From a virus (lineage: Duplodnaviria > Caudoviricetes): 29,404 nucleotides of DNA. The stretch's first letter is position 1. Every line of letters begins with the position of its first letter. Of the stretch, positions 16,261 through 24,853 are shown piece after piece. The position numbers and the translations under genes were made by a program. The notes under the pieces are model-generated. The model had not been told where the DNA came from and made no database searches. It saw only the letters and a program-made list of their open reading frames with translations. The DNA lies in the IMG/VR virus record IMGVR_UViG_3300017913_000496, positions 1 through 29,404 of that record; one strand, written 5' to 3'.

Positions 16261-16635
16261 ATGGCAAACAAAAACAAAGGTTACATCGACATTGTTGTCG
16301 GTGGCAAAAAACGAACCCTACATTTTTCAATGAATTTTTGGTCGGAATTTACCGAACAATTAAATATTTCCTTACAAGACATTGGCAACGTTTTCGAAAA
16401 TGGTATTTCATTAAAGGGTTTACGGGCGTTAATTTATTCCGCTTTATTGGCAAACGACCAAGAACAAGGAAATGAAATTGACTACAATATTTTCACGGTT
16501 GGTTCGTGGCTTGACGATTTAAAACCCGAAGTAATAAACGACATTGTCAACACAATGTTGGAATCTAAAATTTTGGGTAATTCCTTAAATTTAGAAGTTG
16601 AAAAAACGGGAAAGCCAAAGCCGTCAAAGAAATAA
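16261..16635 (+). CDS. Tail assembly chaperone (gpG-like)
   Basis: Lies between tail tube and tape measure; GGKKRTLHF; start moved to ATG 16261, after the terminator. Confidence 0.8.
   Translation: MANKNKGYIDIVVGGKKRTLHFSMNFWSEFTEQLNISLQDIGNVFENGISLKGLRALIYSALLANDQEQGNEIDYNIFTVGSWLDDLKPEVINDIVNTMLESKILGNSLNLEVEKTGKPKPSKK
16608..16614 (+). promoter_or_regulatory. -1 programmed frameshift heptamer G-GGA-AAG
   Basis: Same heptamer as lambda G-T and in X-XXY-YYZ phase; the -1 frame is open to 16964. Confidence 0.85.
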
Positions 16636-16964
16636 ATTTTTTAACCTTAACCGATTATTACATCGGTTTGGTTGGCATACACCCGAACGATTTTTGGCGG
16701 CAAACGTGGCGTGAAAATGCATTGGTTGCGGAAGCATACCACAACCGCGTGAATTTGGATTGGGAACAAACGCGATACATTGCCGTAATGATTCACAACG
16801 TCCAATGCACCAAGCGTTCACAAATGTTGAAACCCGAACAATTGTTTGAATTGCCGGTTGACAAAATGCGAAAACAAAAACGCGACAAACCACAAACAAC
16901 ACCCGAACAACGCCAGGCATTTGAAGAAAAAATTAAGGGTTTAAAGTTCGAAAAATTAGACTAA
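16614..16964 (+). CDS. gpT-like frameshift extension (G-T fusion about 234 aa)
   Basis: GIHPNDFW..TWRE...WEQTRYIA...KPEQLF; open from the slippery site; only a weak TTG start of its own. Confidence 0.8.
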   Translation, partial: AKAVKEINFLTLTDYYIGLVGIHPNDFWRQTWRENALVAEAYHNRVNLDWEQTRYIAVMIHNVQCTKRSQMLKPEQLFELPVDKMRKQKRDKPQTTPEQRQAFEEKIKGLKFEKLD

Positions 16965-17125
16965 AAAAGCCCAAAAGTAGCAAAAACACACACACGATTT
17001 AAGGTCGTTTTTAGCCGTTTTAAGCGCTTTTTACCCCTTTGTGGTATCGTTATACCAAAAAATCGAGAAAGTCCAACAATCAAAATTTTCCTTCGTACAA
17101 AATTGAAAGAATTTTTTAAATTTCA

Positions 17126-17153
17126 ATTTGACATAATAATTAATATTTTGGCG
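17126..17153 (-). other. dif-like Xer recombination site
   Basis: Minus strand reads CGCCAAAATAT-TAATTA-TTATGTCAAAT; right arm is 10/11 to the E. coli XerD arm TTATGTTAAAT; left arm is degenerate. Confidence 0.45.
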
Positions 17154-17225
17154 GTTTTATTAACATTTGATGTTTAAAACGCCACGTCTTTTTTTTGTAT
17201 TTTTGTTTTTTAAAATATTCTTTTT

Positions 17226-19592
17226 ATGGCCCAACAAAATTTGCAAGTAAACATCACGGGGGATTCGTCCAAATTAAAAAACGCGTTGAGTTCCGCGAGT
17301 TCTCAATTGTCGTCATTTGGTTCAAAAATGCAAAACGTCGGGCGTTCAATGTCCACAAAATTAACGTTGCCTTTAGTTGCCGCGGGGACCGCCGCCACAA
17401 AATTGGCATTGGATTTTGACAAGTCAATGACGCAAATTGAATCTTTAGTGGGTATCGCCGGCGACAAAGTCGCGGAAATGGGAACCGTTGCAAAAACAAT
17501 GGCATTAGAAACCGGACGAAGTGCAAACGAAGCGGCGGAAGCGTTGTTCTTTATTACGTCCGCGGGTTTAAGAGGTTCGGAAGCTACCGAAACATTAAAC
17601 GCGTCATTAAAGGCCGCCGCGGTTGGATTGGGCGAAACAAAAACAATTGCCGATTTGGCAACGTCGGCAATGAATGCATACGGCGTTGAAAATTTAAACG
17701 CAACGGGCGCCACCGACATTTTGGTCGCGTCGGTTCGTGAAGGTAAATTGGAAGCGTCAGAATTAGCCGGCGCAATGGGCGGGGTCATTCCGATTGCGTC
17801 AAATATGGGCGTTGGATTTGATGAAGTCGGCGCGGCATTGGCTGCAATGTCAAGAACCGGAACAAACGCCGCGGTTGGTGCAACACAATTAACCGCCATT
17901 TTAGCGTCCATAAAAAAACCCACAACACAAAGCGCCGAAGCAATGGTGGCGTTGGGAACGTCGCAAGAACAAATCGCCCAATCATTAGAACAAAAGGGAT
18001 TAATGCCAACGTTGTTGGATTTATCAGCACGTTTAAAAGCAACGGGAATGGACGCAACGGCAATATTCCCAAACATTCGAGCATTAAAAGGGGTTTTGGA
18101 TTTAACCGGAAAAGGTGCGGCGGACAATGTTGAAATATTTAACGCGTTAAGTAATACAATGGGCGCAACCGATGAAGCGTTCAACAAAACCGCGGAATCC
18201 GCGTCGTTTAAATTTCAACAAGGAATGCAAACAATGAAAACGTCTTTAATGGAAATCGGCCAAAATGTTTTGCCGGCGGTTGTTAAAGCGGTTGAAAGTT
18301 TATCCGGATTTATAAAAGGTTTGACCGATAGTTTTAAAAATTTATCGCCACAAACGCAAGATATGATTTTAAAGTTTACGGCAATATTAGCCGCGGCCGG
18401 TCCGCTTTTAATTTTGTTCGGTAAACTAATGACGGGCATTTCCGCATTGGGTCCAATTTTAACAATTGCCGCAACCGGTTTTCGAGTATTGACCACGGCA
18501 ATGGCTGCAAATCCAATCATTGCAATTGCGGGCGCGATTGCGTTGGTTGTTACCGCTTTAAATAAATACACAAAAGCGCAAAAGGAAGCTACAAAAGCAA
18601 CGGTCGCCGAAATGGACACGAAAGCCATTGACAACCGTTTGAAAGCCGCCGAAGAAGAATTGGCGTATTTAGACACATTAGAAGGCAAACGCCGTTATTC
18701 ATTAAGCGCCCAAAAAGCAATAAACGAACGTTTAACAAACGAAATTTCTTTATTAAGAGAACGCAAAACGGCAATTGAGGAAAACGCGGCGGCCGAAGCA
18801 AAGGCAGCCGAACAACGCCAAGAAATTCAAGAAACTCCGTTTGTTTTGCCACAAGTTACAGTCCCGACACAACAACCACAAACCCGTGGCCAAGTTTCGG
18901 CCGTTGGTGGTGGTTTAGAAGCCGAAGGGGTTTCAATGACACCAATAACGGACGCAATAAAAGCCGACACCGCCGGAATTCCCGACGCATTGGCAGAACA
19001 ATCCGAAGTTTTAAGCGAAGGTCAATTGGCATTTTTAGAACGTGCGGCAGAATTTCAATTAATGGCCGGCGAAATTATGACTTCCGGAATGCAAAACATT
19101 GTGACCGGTATGGCCGGCGCGTTGGGTACTGCATTAACCCAAGGCGGTAATTTAATGGGCGCGTTGGGGGGTGTTATTGTTGGCGGTATTGCACAAATAG
19201 CCGAAAATTTAGGAAAGGCAGCAATTAAAATTGGTTTGACAATGAAGGCCATAAAATTGGCTTTTAAATCGCCGGCAACGGCAATTGCCGCCGGTATTGC
19301 ATTAATTGCAATATCAAAAGCGATTCAATCAGTTATTCCGCAAATTGCAAGTGGCGAAGCGACGGCCTTTGCCAATGGTGGTATTGTTAGCGGTCCCACA
19401 ATGGGATTGGTTGGGGAATATCCAGGCGCGCGACAAAATCCGGAAGTTATAGCACCATTAAACAAACTACAATCAATGATTGGCGGAAATGGTGGTGGAA
19501 ATGTAAACGTGACCGGTTCGGTTCGTGTTGACGGTCAAGATTTATTGATTGCAATTGAACGCGCCAATGAAACGGCCGGTCGAATCTATTAA
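17226..19592 (+). CDS. Tape measure protein (TP901-type core)
   Basis: KLTLPL, FDKSM, EAAEALFFITSAG, ATDIL; Ala/Gly-rich helices; FANGGIVSGPT...GEY...PEVIAPL C-terminus. Confidence 0.93.
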   Translation: MAQQNLQVNITGDSSKLKNALSSASSQLSSFGSKMQNVGRSMSTKLTLPLVAAGTAATKLALDFDKSMTQIESLVGIAGDKVAEMGTVAKTMALETGRSANEAAEALFFITSAGLRGSEATETLNASLKAAAVGLGETKTIADLATSAMNAYGVENLNATGATDILVASVREGKLEASELAGAMGGVIPIASNMGVGFDEVGAALAAMSRTGTNAAVGATQLTAILASIKKPTTQSAEAMVALGTSQEQIAQSLEQKGLMPTLLDLSARLKATGMDATAIFPNIRALKGVLDLTGKGAADNVEIFNALSNTMGATDEAFNKTAESASFKFQQGMQTMKTSLMEIGQNVLPAVVKAVESLSGFIKGLTDSFKNLSPQTQDMILKFTAILAAAGPLLILFGKLMTGISALGPILTIAATGFRVLTTAMAANPIIAIAGAIALVVTALNKYTKAQKEATKATVAEMDTKAIDNRLKAAEEELAYLDTLEGKRRYSLSAQKAINERLTNEISLLRERKTAIEENAAAEAKAAEQRQEIQETPFVLPQVTVPTQQPQTRGQVSAVGGGLEAEGVSMTPITDAIKADTAGIPDALAEQSEVLSEGQLAFLERAAEFQLMAGEIMTSGMQNIVTGMAGALGTALTQGGNLMGALGGVIVGGIAQIAENLGKAAIKIGLTMKAIKLAFKSPATAIAAGIALIAISKAIQSVIPQIASGEATAFANGGIVSGPTMGLVGEYPGARQNPEVIAPLNKLQSMIGGNGGGNVNVTGSVRVDGQDLLIAIERANETAGRIY

Positions 19593-19601
19593 AATTAAAT
19601 T

Positions 19602-21773
19602 ATGGCGTACGGCGTTAAATACCGATTAATTTTTTCGGACGTTTTAGGAAACGGAAAAAAAGTTGAAATACTAAAAAAGGATTACACCGGGGACGTGTTG
19701 CCAATGATTGGTGGCGCAAATCCCGTTCAAATTTCGTGGCAATCGTCTGATGATTTTTATAAACCGATTATTGGTTCAAAATGCACGTTGTCGTTGTTGG
19801 TTACGGATTCCGTAACTTATGACGATTTTTACAAGTTCGACGAACGCGAATACAAGGTTGTCGTTTCATACGCAAAAAGTCAAGGCGAAATTTTCGCCGA
19901 CCGGGTTTTAGACGATTCCGGGACCGTTGAATCTTTTGAATGCGTTGACAATGTTTTAAATGATTTTGAAACGATTTCAACATATTATCAAAACCGCGTC
20001 ATTGATGACGGCGGCGACGTTGAATCGTTGTCGTGTGTGGCGGACGCCATAACCGATGACAATTTTTATCGTTGGGGTGCGTATTGGTCCGGGTTTTTAG
20101 TTGTGGACCGCTACAAAGAAAAGTTGACCACAACGCCGTTTGGTATTACAATCAACGCATTTGACGGTTTAGGAACGTTAAATAATTTTAATGGCCCTAC
20201 ATCTTACAACAACAACAATGCGCCGTCGGCGCCGGATAATTTAACAAGGATTCAAGAAATTTTAGACAATTTGGATTTGGATTTGGATATTTATATTGCA
20301 ACGGATATTGTTTTCAATTTTATCGGAACGAATTATGATTTTGAAGATTATGGCTCATTAAGTGGGTTGTCTGAAATTACCGGCGCCGGAAATATTGTTG
20401 ACGCAAAAAAACAATTGGAAAATATTTTAAATAATTTTAATTTAAGAATTTATCAAAGTTACAACCGTTGGTATATTGTCGAAGCGTCAAATATTTTTGA
20501 TTATTACGTTAAAGACCAAATTTATAATGAAGTTCAATCAACGGGCGTTGTTCCAACCGGTATTCGTGAACGTATCACAACACAATTAAACAACACCAAA
20601 AAAGAATTTATTGATTTTAGAACATACGACAAAGACGCCACAAGTTTAGGAACCGAACGTTTACCGGTTTTATATGACAACAACAACGAATTAAAAGCCA
20701 TTAACAATGATTTGGCGCGGGAATATTTGCAACCGGTTTCGGAAGTTGTGTTAAAGTCAAATTTTCCAAAAGTCAGTGTGAGCGGAACGGACGGGTTTGA
20801 ATATGGTTCTTATGGTTACACTATAATTGATATTTTAGAACCCACATATCCTTTTGACCCAATTGGCCCGGCGGCTGAAATTGCGACGGATGAAATTGCG
20901 TTGGGTGGTCGGCGTTCAATGAAATTGACGGATATTGTCCCAACAACGGGTGTTCAACGATGTTTCACAAAAACGTCAACAATAACATTTAGTAAAAATT
21001 CATATTCAGATTTTGAAGTTAAAATAAATTATTACGTCAAATTATTGTCGTCAAGTGTGATTGGCATAACAAATAGTTTTCAGTTTCAAATAACAACAAG
21101 CGATGACGACGGTTTGAAATATTGGGACGCGGTTGAAAAAGAATTTGTTTCGGGTGTACACACAAACGCAATTCAATCAACAAACATCAATAAATTTGTA
21201 GAATATTCCACAAAATTAGATGAACAAGGTTTGAATTTAGACCCGACAGCCACAAGCACATTAATAAGTGTTTACATTTGCAACACGTTAATTTCGTCAA
21301 GTGATTACGAAACAACATATTTTGACAATTTCCAAATCAATATTTCAAAAGAAGAAGCAAACACAACAGACCAAAATTTCACGTCTAAATTAACAAACGC
21401 CGGAACAAAAACATCAATCAAAGAACGAAAAGATGTTCCGGTAATTTATCCGGCATATTATCGAACCCGTGATAATTACGGGGTTTGGAATGGCGTAAAT
21501 TTATGGCGTGGTTTAACGGACATTATTAACCAAAACATTGCAAACGATTTCCGCGAGTTTTCAACGCGTTATGAAGGCACGTTCAGAAATTTAAAGGTCC
21601 AACCGCTATCAATGCACAATAAGGTTTGGTTTTATTGGACGGGTCAAGAAACCGACCCGCAATCAACGATTATTGACGGCCTAAAATATGACGTTAAAAA
21701 CGCGGCGTTTAAAATCAAATCACATTTGCCAAACGACGACGACGACGAAAGTATTGACTTTATTATTAACTAA
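19602..21773 (+). CDS. Tail tip/hub-like structural protein
   Basis: Follows the tape measure; YGVKYR...F.D, PIIGS, YWSGF, AFDGLGTL, RIYQSYNRWYI pattern. Confidence 0.65.
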   Translation: MAYGVKYRLIFSDVLGNGKKVEILKKDYTGDVLPMIGGANPVQISWQSSDDFYKPIIGSKCTLSLLVTDSVTYDDFYKFDEREYKVVVSYAKSQGEIFADRVLDDSGTVESFECVDNVLNDFETISTYYQNRVIDDGGDVESLSCVADAITDDNFYRWGAYWSGFLVVDRYKEKLTTTPFGITINAFDGLGTLNNFNGPTSYNNNNAPSAPDNLTRIQEILDNLDLDLDIYIATDIVFNFIGTNYDFEDYGSLSGLSEITGAGNIVDAKKQLENILNNFNLRIYQSYNRWYIVEASNIFDYYVKDQIYNEVQSTGVVPTGIRERITTQLNNTKKEFIDFRTYDKDATSLGTERLPVLYDNNNELKAINNDLAREYLQPVSEVVLKSNFPKVSVSGTDGFEYGSYGYTIIDILEPTYPFDPIGPAAEIATDEIALGGRRSMKLTDIVPTTGVQRCFTKTSTITFSKNSYSDFEVKINYYVKLLSSSVIGITNSFQFQITTSDDDGLKYWDAVEKEFVSGVHTNAIQSTNINKFVEYSTKLDEQGLNLDPTATSTLISVYICNTLISSSDYETTYFDNFQINISKEEANTTDQNFTSKLTNAGTKTSIKERKDVPVIYPAYYRTRDNYGVWNGVNLWRGLTDIINQNIANDFREFSTRYEGTFRNLKVQPLSMHNKVWFYWTGQETDPQSTIIDGLKYDVKNAAFKIKSHLPNDDDDESIDFIIN

Positions 21774-21797
21774 AAACAAACTTTGTTTTGTTTGTCG

Positions 21798-21835
21798 GCC
21801 GCCGTTATTTCTTTATTGATTTGCGGCGGTTTTTT
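21798..21835 (+). terminator. Intrinsic terminator ending the tail operon
   Basis: GCCGCCGT...GCGGCGGT stem followed by a T-run. Confidence 0.7.
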
Positions 21836-21852
21836 ATGGTAATCGTTTTTTT

Positions 21853-21877
21853 ATCTGAAAATAAATTTTTATTTTTG
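21853..21877 (+). promoter_or_regulatory. Promoter/operator upstream of the HTH gene
   Basis: ATCTGAAAATAAATTTTTATTTTTG; same 25-bp layout as 22925 and 29095. Confidence 0.6.
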
Positions 21878-21900
21878 TGGTCAATTTAAAAACGAAAACA

Positions 21901-22098
21901 ATGTTTGAAACACATTTCCAGGGCGAAATGAAGCGCCTAAATTTGAAGCGTTACGACGTTTGTGATTTACTTAATTGCACAATGCCGACGTTGAAATCAC
22001 GATTAAAAAATCCCGATACATTTACAATTGGCGAAATCATAATTTTGAAAAAAGCCGAATTCGATTTGTCGGGTATTTCCGAAACATTAAACATTTAA
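21901..22098 (+). CDS. Cro/XRE-like HTH regulator (65 aa)
   Basis: YDVCDLLNCTMPTLKSRLKNPDTFTIGEI; ATG 21901 preferred over GTG 21877. Confidence 0.75.
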   Translation: MFETHFQGEMKRLNLKRYDVCDLLNCTMPTLKSRLKNPDTFTIGEIIILKKAEFDLSGISETLNI

Positions 22099-22109
22099 AA
22101 TTCAATTAT

Positions 22110-22595
22110 ATGAAAACAATTAACATCAAAGGAAAGGAATATATAACCGTAAACGAGCGGTTAAAATATTTCAGAAGCGAAGCCACGTTTGACGGTTGGC
22201 AAATCAAAGAACAATTGGTCCAAATTGACGAAAAGGAAGGTATATTCAAAGTCACAATTTGCGACGACAAAGGCGTTGAAATCGCGTCGGCGCATTCACA
22301 AGAATATCGCGATTCGTCGTATATAAATAAAACGTCGTTTGTTGAAAATGGTTTCACGTCCGCGTTGGGCCGTGCGTTGGGTTATTTAGGCATCGGGATT
22401 GATACGTCAATCGCGTCCGCTAACGAGGTTCAAAACGCGGTTAAAAATCAAAACAATGACAACAAAAAATGGCTAACGGAAGCGCAATTCAACGCCACGT
22501 TAAAGGCCACAAAAGAACAAGCCGAAAAGGTATTGTCCGGCTTTAAAATGAAAAAAGAATACCGGGAACAAATAAAACAAAAGTTTAATATTTAA
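22110..22595 (+). CDS. Putative single-strand annealing protein (Sak/Rad52-like)
   Basis: KGKEYITVNER...VENGFTSALGRALG..GIG; adjacent to SSB and near the exonuclease; start moved to 22110. Confidence 0.6.
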   Translation: MKTINIKGKEYITVNERLKYFRSEATFDGWQIKEQLVQIDEKEGIFKVTICDDKGVEIASAHSQEYRDSSYINKTSFVENGFTSALGRALGYLGIGIDTSIASANEVQNAVKNQNNDNKKWLTEAQFNATLKATKEQAEKVLSGFKMKKEYREQIKQKFNI

Positions 22596-22605
22596 ATTCA
22601 ATCTT

Positions 22606-22842
22606 ATGAGTTACGAACACAAAAACGGAAACGGAAGTTTATTTAAAAACACCAACAAAACAAGCGAAAACCAACCGGATTATTCGGGGTCTATTAAGTT
22701 ACAAGACGGCACGAATCAGCAAATCGCGGCGTGGGTAAAAGAAGGCGCAAAAGGCAAGTTCTTTTCGATTAAATTGTCCGACCCGTATGTCAAGCCGGAA
22801 GCGGTCCAAACGGCCGAAACAAGCGACGATTTGCCGTTTTAG
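22606..22842 (+). CDS. Small ssDNA-binding protein (DUF736-like)
   Basis: GSLFKN...QPDYSG...AAW...FFSIKL; acidic DDLPF tail. Confidence 0.75.
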   Translation: MSYEHKNGNGSLFKNTNKTSENQPDYSGSIKLQDGTNQQIAAWVKEGAKGKFFSIKLSDPYVKPEAVQTAETSDDLPF

Positions 22843-22865
22843 ACGATAAATTGACAAACAAAACG

Positions 22866-22899
22866 AAAGCGGTTTTCAGATTGGAAGCCGTTTTTTTTT
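22866..22899 (+). terminator. Intrinsic terminator
   Basis: GCGGTTTTC/GGAAGCCGT stem followed by a T-run. Confidence 0.7.
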
Positions 22900-22924
22900 G
22901 ATTTTTTTTAAAAAAGTTGTTGGA

Positions 22925-22949
22925 AATTGAAAATATTTTTTTACTTTTG
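22925..22949 (+). promoter_or_regulatory. Cassette C promoter/operator
   Basis: AATTGAAAATATTTTTTTACTTTTG, 23/25 identical to 29095-29119; ends in TAnnTTTG. Confidence 0.7.
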
Positions 22950-22987
22950 AATTGTTAAATAATAAAACATTAACTAAATTAAACATT

Positions 22988-23164
22988 ATGTATCCATTAA
23001 AAACACAAGAAAACAAAGAAGCGGCTAAATTTTTAATTGAAAAAATCAGTAAAGAAATAAACAGAATTTGGAAATTAGAAGTTAAGACAAAAGCCGATTT
23101 TAACAGATTCGAATATCTTAAAAGATTAGTGTTAGAATTAGAAACTGAATTCAGCGCATATTAA
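22988..23164 (+). CDS. Small hypothetical early protein (58 aa), cassette C
   Basis: AAATTAAACATTATG start; AGA/TTA-rich codons. Confidence 0.75.
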   Translation: MYPLKTQENKEAAKFLIEKISKEINRIWKLEVKTKADFNRFEYLKRLVLELETEFSAY

Positions 23165-23172
23165 AACAAAAC

Positions 23173-23206
23173 AATTAACCGGCGGGCCTAAAAAACCCGC
23201 CTTTTT
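23173..23206 (+). terminator. AATTAACC-GGC hairpin (copy 3)
   Basis: GGCGGG-N9-CCCGCC (23181-23201) followed by T5. Confidence 0.7.
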
Positions 23207-23219
23207 AAAACACAATTAT

Positions 23220-23360
23220 ATGGAAAACAATTTAGAATTTTTACTTTATCGAATTGGCGCAATGCAAACCCACATCGAAAAGTTGGAAAAGATTATTCAA
23301 GAATTAAACGGTCAATTTTTAGTTGACCGAAACATTGACATTAAAAGATTAAGCGAATGA
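23220..23360 (+). CDS. Hypothetical coiled-coil protein (46 aa, MENNLEFLLYRIGAMQ...)
   Basis: Hand-translated; ATGA overlap with the exonuclease gene. Confidence 0.65.
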   Translation: MENNLEFLLYRIGAMQTHIEKLEKIIQELNGQFLVDRNIDIKRLSE

Positions 23361-24112
23361 AAACACAATTTGATTCAAACGAGGTTTACCATTCGACACC
23401 AGGAATCAGCGCGTCGGGTTTAAAAATGATTCATAAAAAATCGGTTTATCATTTCTTAAATCGAAAGCCATACGAAACCGCGTCAATGGCATTGGGAACG
23501 GCCGTTCATTGCGCGATGTTAGAACCGGAAATGTACTACAAAGAATTTCACGTTATGCCTAAAATTGACCGCCGTACAAAAGCGGGAAAAGAGCAATTCG
23601 CGATTGAACAAGAAAAGGCCGAAGGCAAAAAAATTGTGGCGTTTGACGACCACGAAAAAATAACTAAAATTTTGGACAATTTCCGCAATCACGATTTGGC
23701 CCAAAAATATTGTAAAGGCGAAATCGAATTGTCGCATTATTTAAAACACGACGGTTTGGACGTACGCGTCCGGCCCGATTGTTTGAACCGCGTTGAAAAC
23801 TTTATTTCAGACGTTAAAACGTGCCAAGACAACGCGCCCGTGGCCTTTAAACGCGACGTTTATAAATACGGCTATCATTTACAAGCGGCTTTTTATTGCG
23901 ATATGTTAGGCGTTCAGAATTTTAAATTTATTGCCGTCGAAACAAATTATCCGTTTTCGGTTGAGGTTTACACATTAAGCGACGAAATGATTGAACACGG
24001 GCGCAACGCGTGGAAACGTGCGTTTGCGGATTGGAAAATTTATTGTGACACCGGCATTGTTTCGGGTTATATTTGGAATAACTTTCACGACGACGGAAGT
24101 TTAATTTTGTAA
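23357..24112 (+). CDS. RecE/exonuclease VIII-like PD-(D/E)XK nuclease (DUF3799)
   Basis: YH...GISASGLK, GTAVHCAMLEP, RVRPD, DVKT, YHLQAAFY. Confidence 0.88.
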   Translation: MKTQFDSNEVYHSTPGISASGLKMIHKKSVYHFLNRKPYETASMALGTAVHCAMLEPEMYYKEFHVMPKIDRRTKAGKEQFAIEQEKAEGKKIVAFDDHEKITKILDNFRNHDLAQKYCKGEIELSHYLKHDGLDVRVRPDCLNRVENFISDVKTCQDNAPVAFKRDVYKYGYHLQAAFYCDMLGVQNFKFIAVETNYPFSVEVYTLSDEMIEHGRNAWKRAFADWKIYCDTGIVSGYIWNNFHDDGSLIL

Positions 24113-24115
24113 ATT

Positions 24116-24499
24116 ATGGAATTAGAATATTTAGTTGAAAAGACAAACAAACATTTCGATTGTGATATCACAATGGACACCCGCCAACGCGAAATCGTTA
24201 TGGCCCGCGGTGCGTTCTTTTGGCTTGCAAAACACACGACAAACAAATCATTGAAAAAAATCGGCGCGGCGGTTGGTAGGGACCACGCGTCGGTTTTATA
24301 TAGTTTGGCTAATTTTAGCGATTGGTTGCGATTCGACGAATTCTTTAAGGCCGATTTTGAAGCGCTTAAAATGATTGTTTTGAATCAATACAAGAAAAAT
24401 CGATTCAATGCCGAAACGTTGGTTTATCGTTACAATTGTTTAGTCATTGAAAATGACATTTTAAAAACTGAAATCAAAAAATTAAAATCGAAGTTGTGA
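24116..24499 (+). CDS. DnaA domain IV-like HTH protein
   Basis: RQREIVMAR...SLKKIGAAVGRDHASVLYS resembles the DnaA C-terminal signature. Confidence 0.75.
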   Translation: MELEYLVEKTNKHFDCDITMDTRQREIVMARGAFFWLAKHTTNKSLKKIGAAVGRDHASVLYSLANFSDWLRFDEFFKADFEALKMIVLNQYKKNRFNAETLVYRYNCLVIENDILKTEIKKLKSKL

Positions 24500-24500
24500 A
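24479..24500 (+). repeat. 22-bp direct repeat, left copy
   Basis: AAATTAAAATCGAAGTTGTGAA; 21/22 identical to 24693-24714. Confidence 0.85.
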
Positions 24501-24699
24501 AAAATATCGTTTCTTTTTTCATTATTACAAGCGTTTCAAATGTATGTCGATTCATTATCGAAATGAATGTTTGCGGGCCGACGATGTCGTTTGCAATGTT
24601 CCAATTGAAACAAAATGGAATAAAACACAACCTAATTTGGTTATGCGCGGATTTGCTGAATCCGTTGAAATTAAAAATGGAATTTGTTATATAAATTAA
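24496..24699 (+). CDS. Hypothetical protein (67 aa)
   Basis: GTGA-coupled start; bounded by direct repeats. Confidence 0.7.
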   Translation: MKKYRFFFHYYKRFKCMSIHYRNECLRADDVVCNVPIETKWNKTQPNLVMRGFAESVEIKNGICYIN

Positions 24700-24714
24700 A
24701 ATCGAAGTTATGAA
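24693..24714 (+). repeat. 22-bp direct repeat, right copy
   Basis: AAATTAAAATCGAAGTTATGAA. Confidence 0.85.
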
Positions 24715-24853
24715 TATAAAAATCAAAGTTGAACCCGCTAAAAAAGACCATTATAAAGTCACGTTTAAAACGTACAAAGACGAATTGACCGGGACATTTG
24801 AACGGTCCGAATTACGTTATATCATTCAGAAATTAGACAACGCAATAATTTAA
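24710..24853 (+). CDS. Hypothetical protein (47 aa, MNIKIKVEPAKKDHYK...)
   Basis: Hand-translated; TAATG overlap with the next gene. Confidence 0.65.
   Translation: MNIKIKVEPAKKDHYKVTFKTYKDELTGTFERSELRYIIQKLDNAII

Noticed and set aside
17303-18688. Long minus-strand ORFs (294 aa, 157 aa) and all other minus-strand ORFs
   Set aside because: They are antisense shadows of well-supported + strand genes, with no recognisable motifs or promoters.
21975-22109. N-terminal extensions in the ORF track (21975, also 8795, 9095, 11751, 16222, 22952)
   Set aside because: They overlap neighbouring genes, terminators or leaders. Downstream ATGs have better start context.
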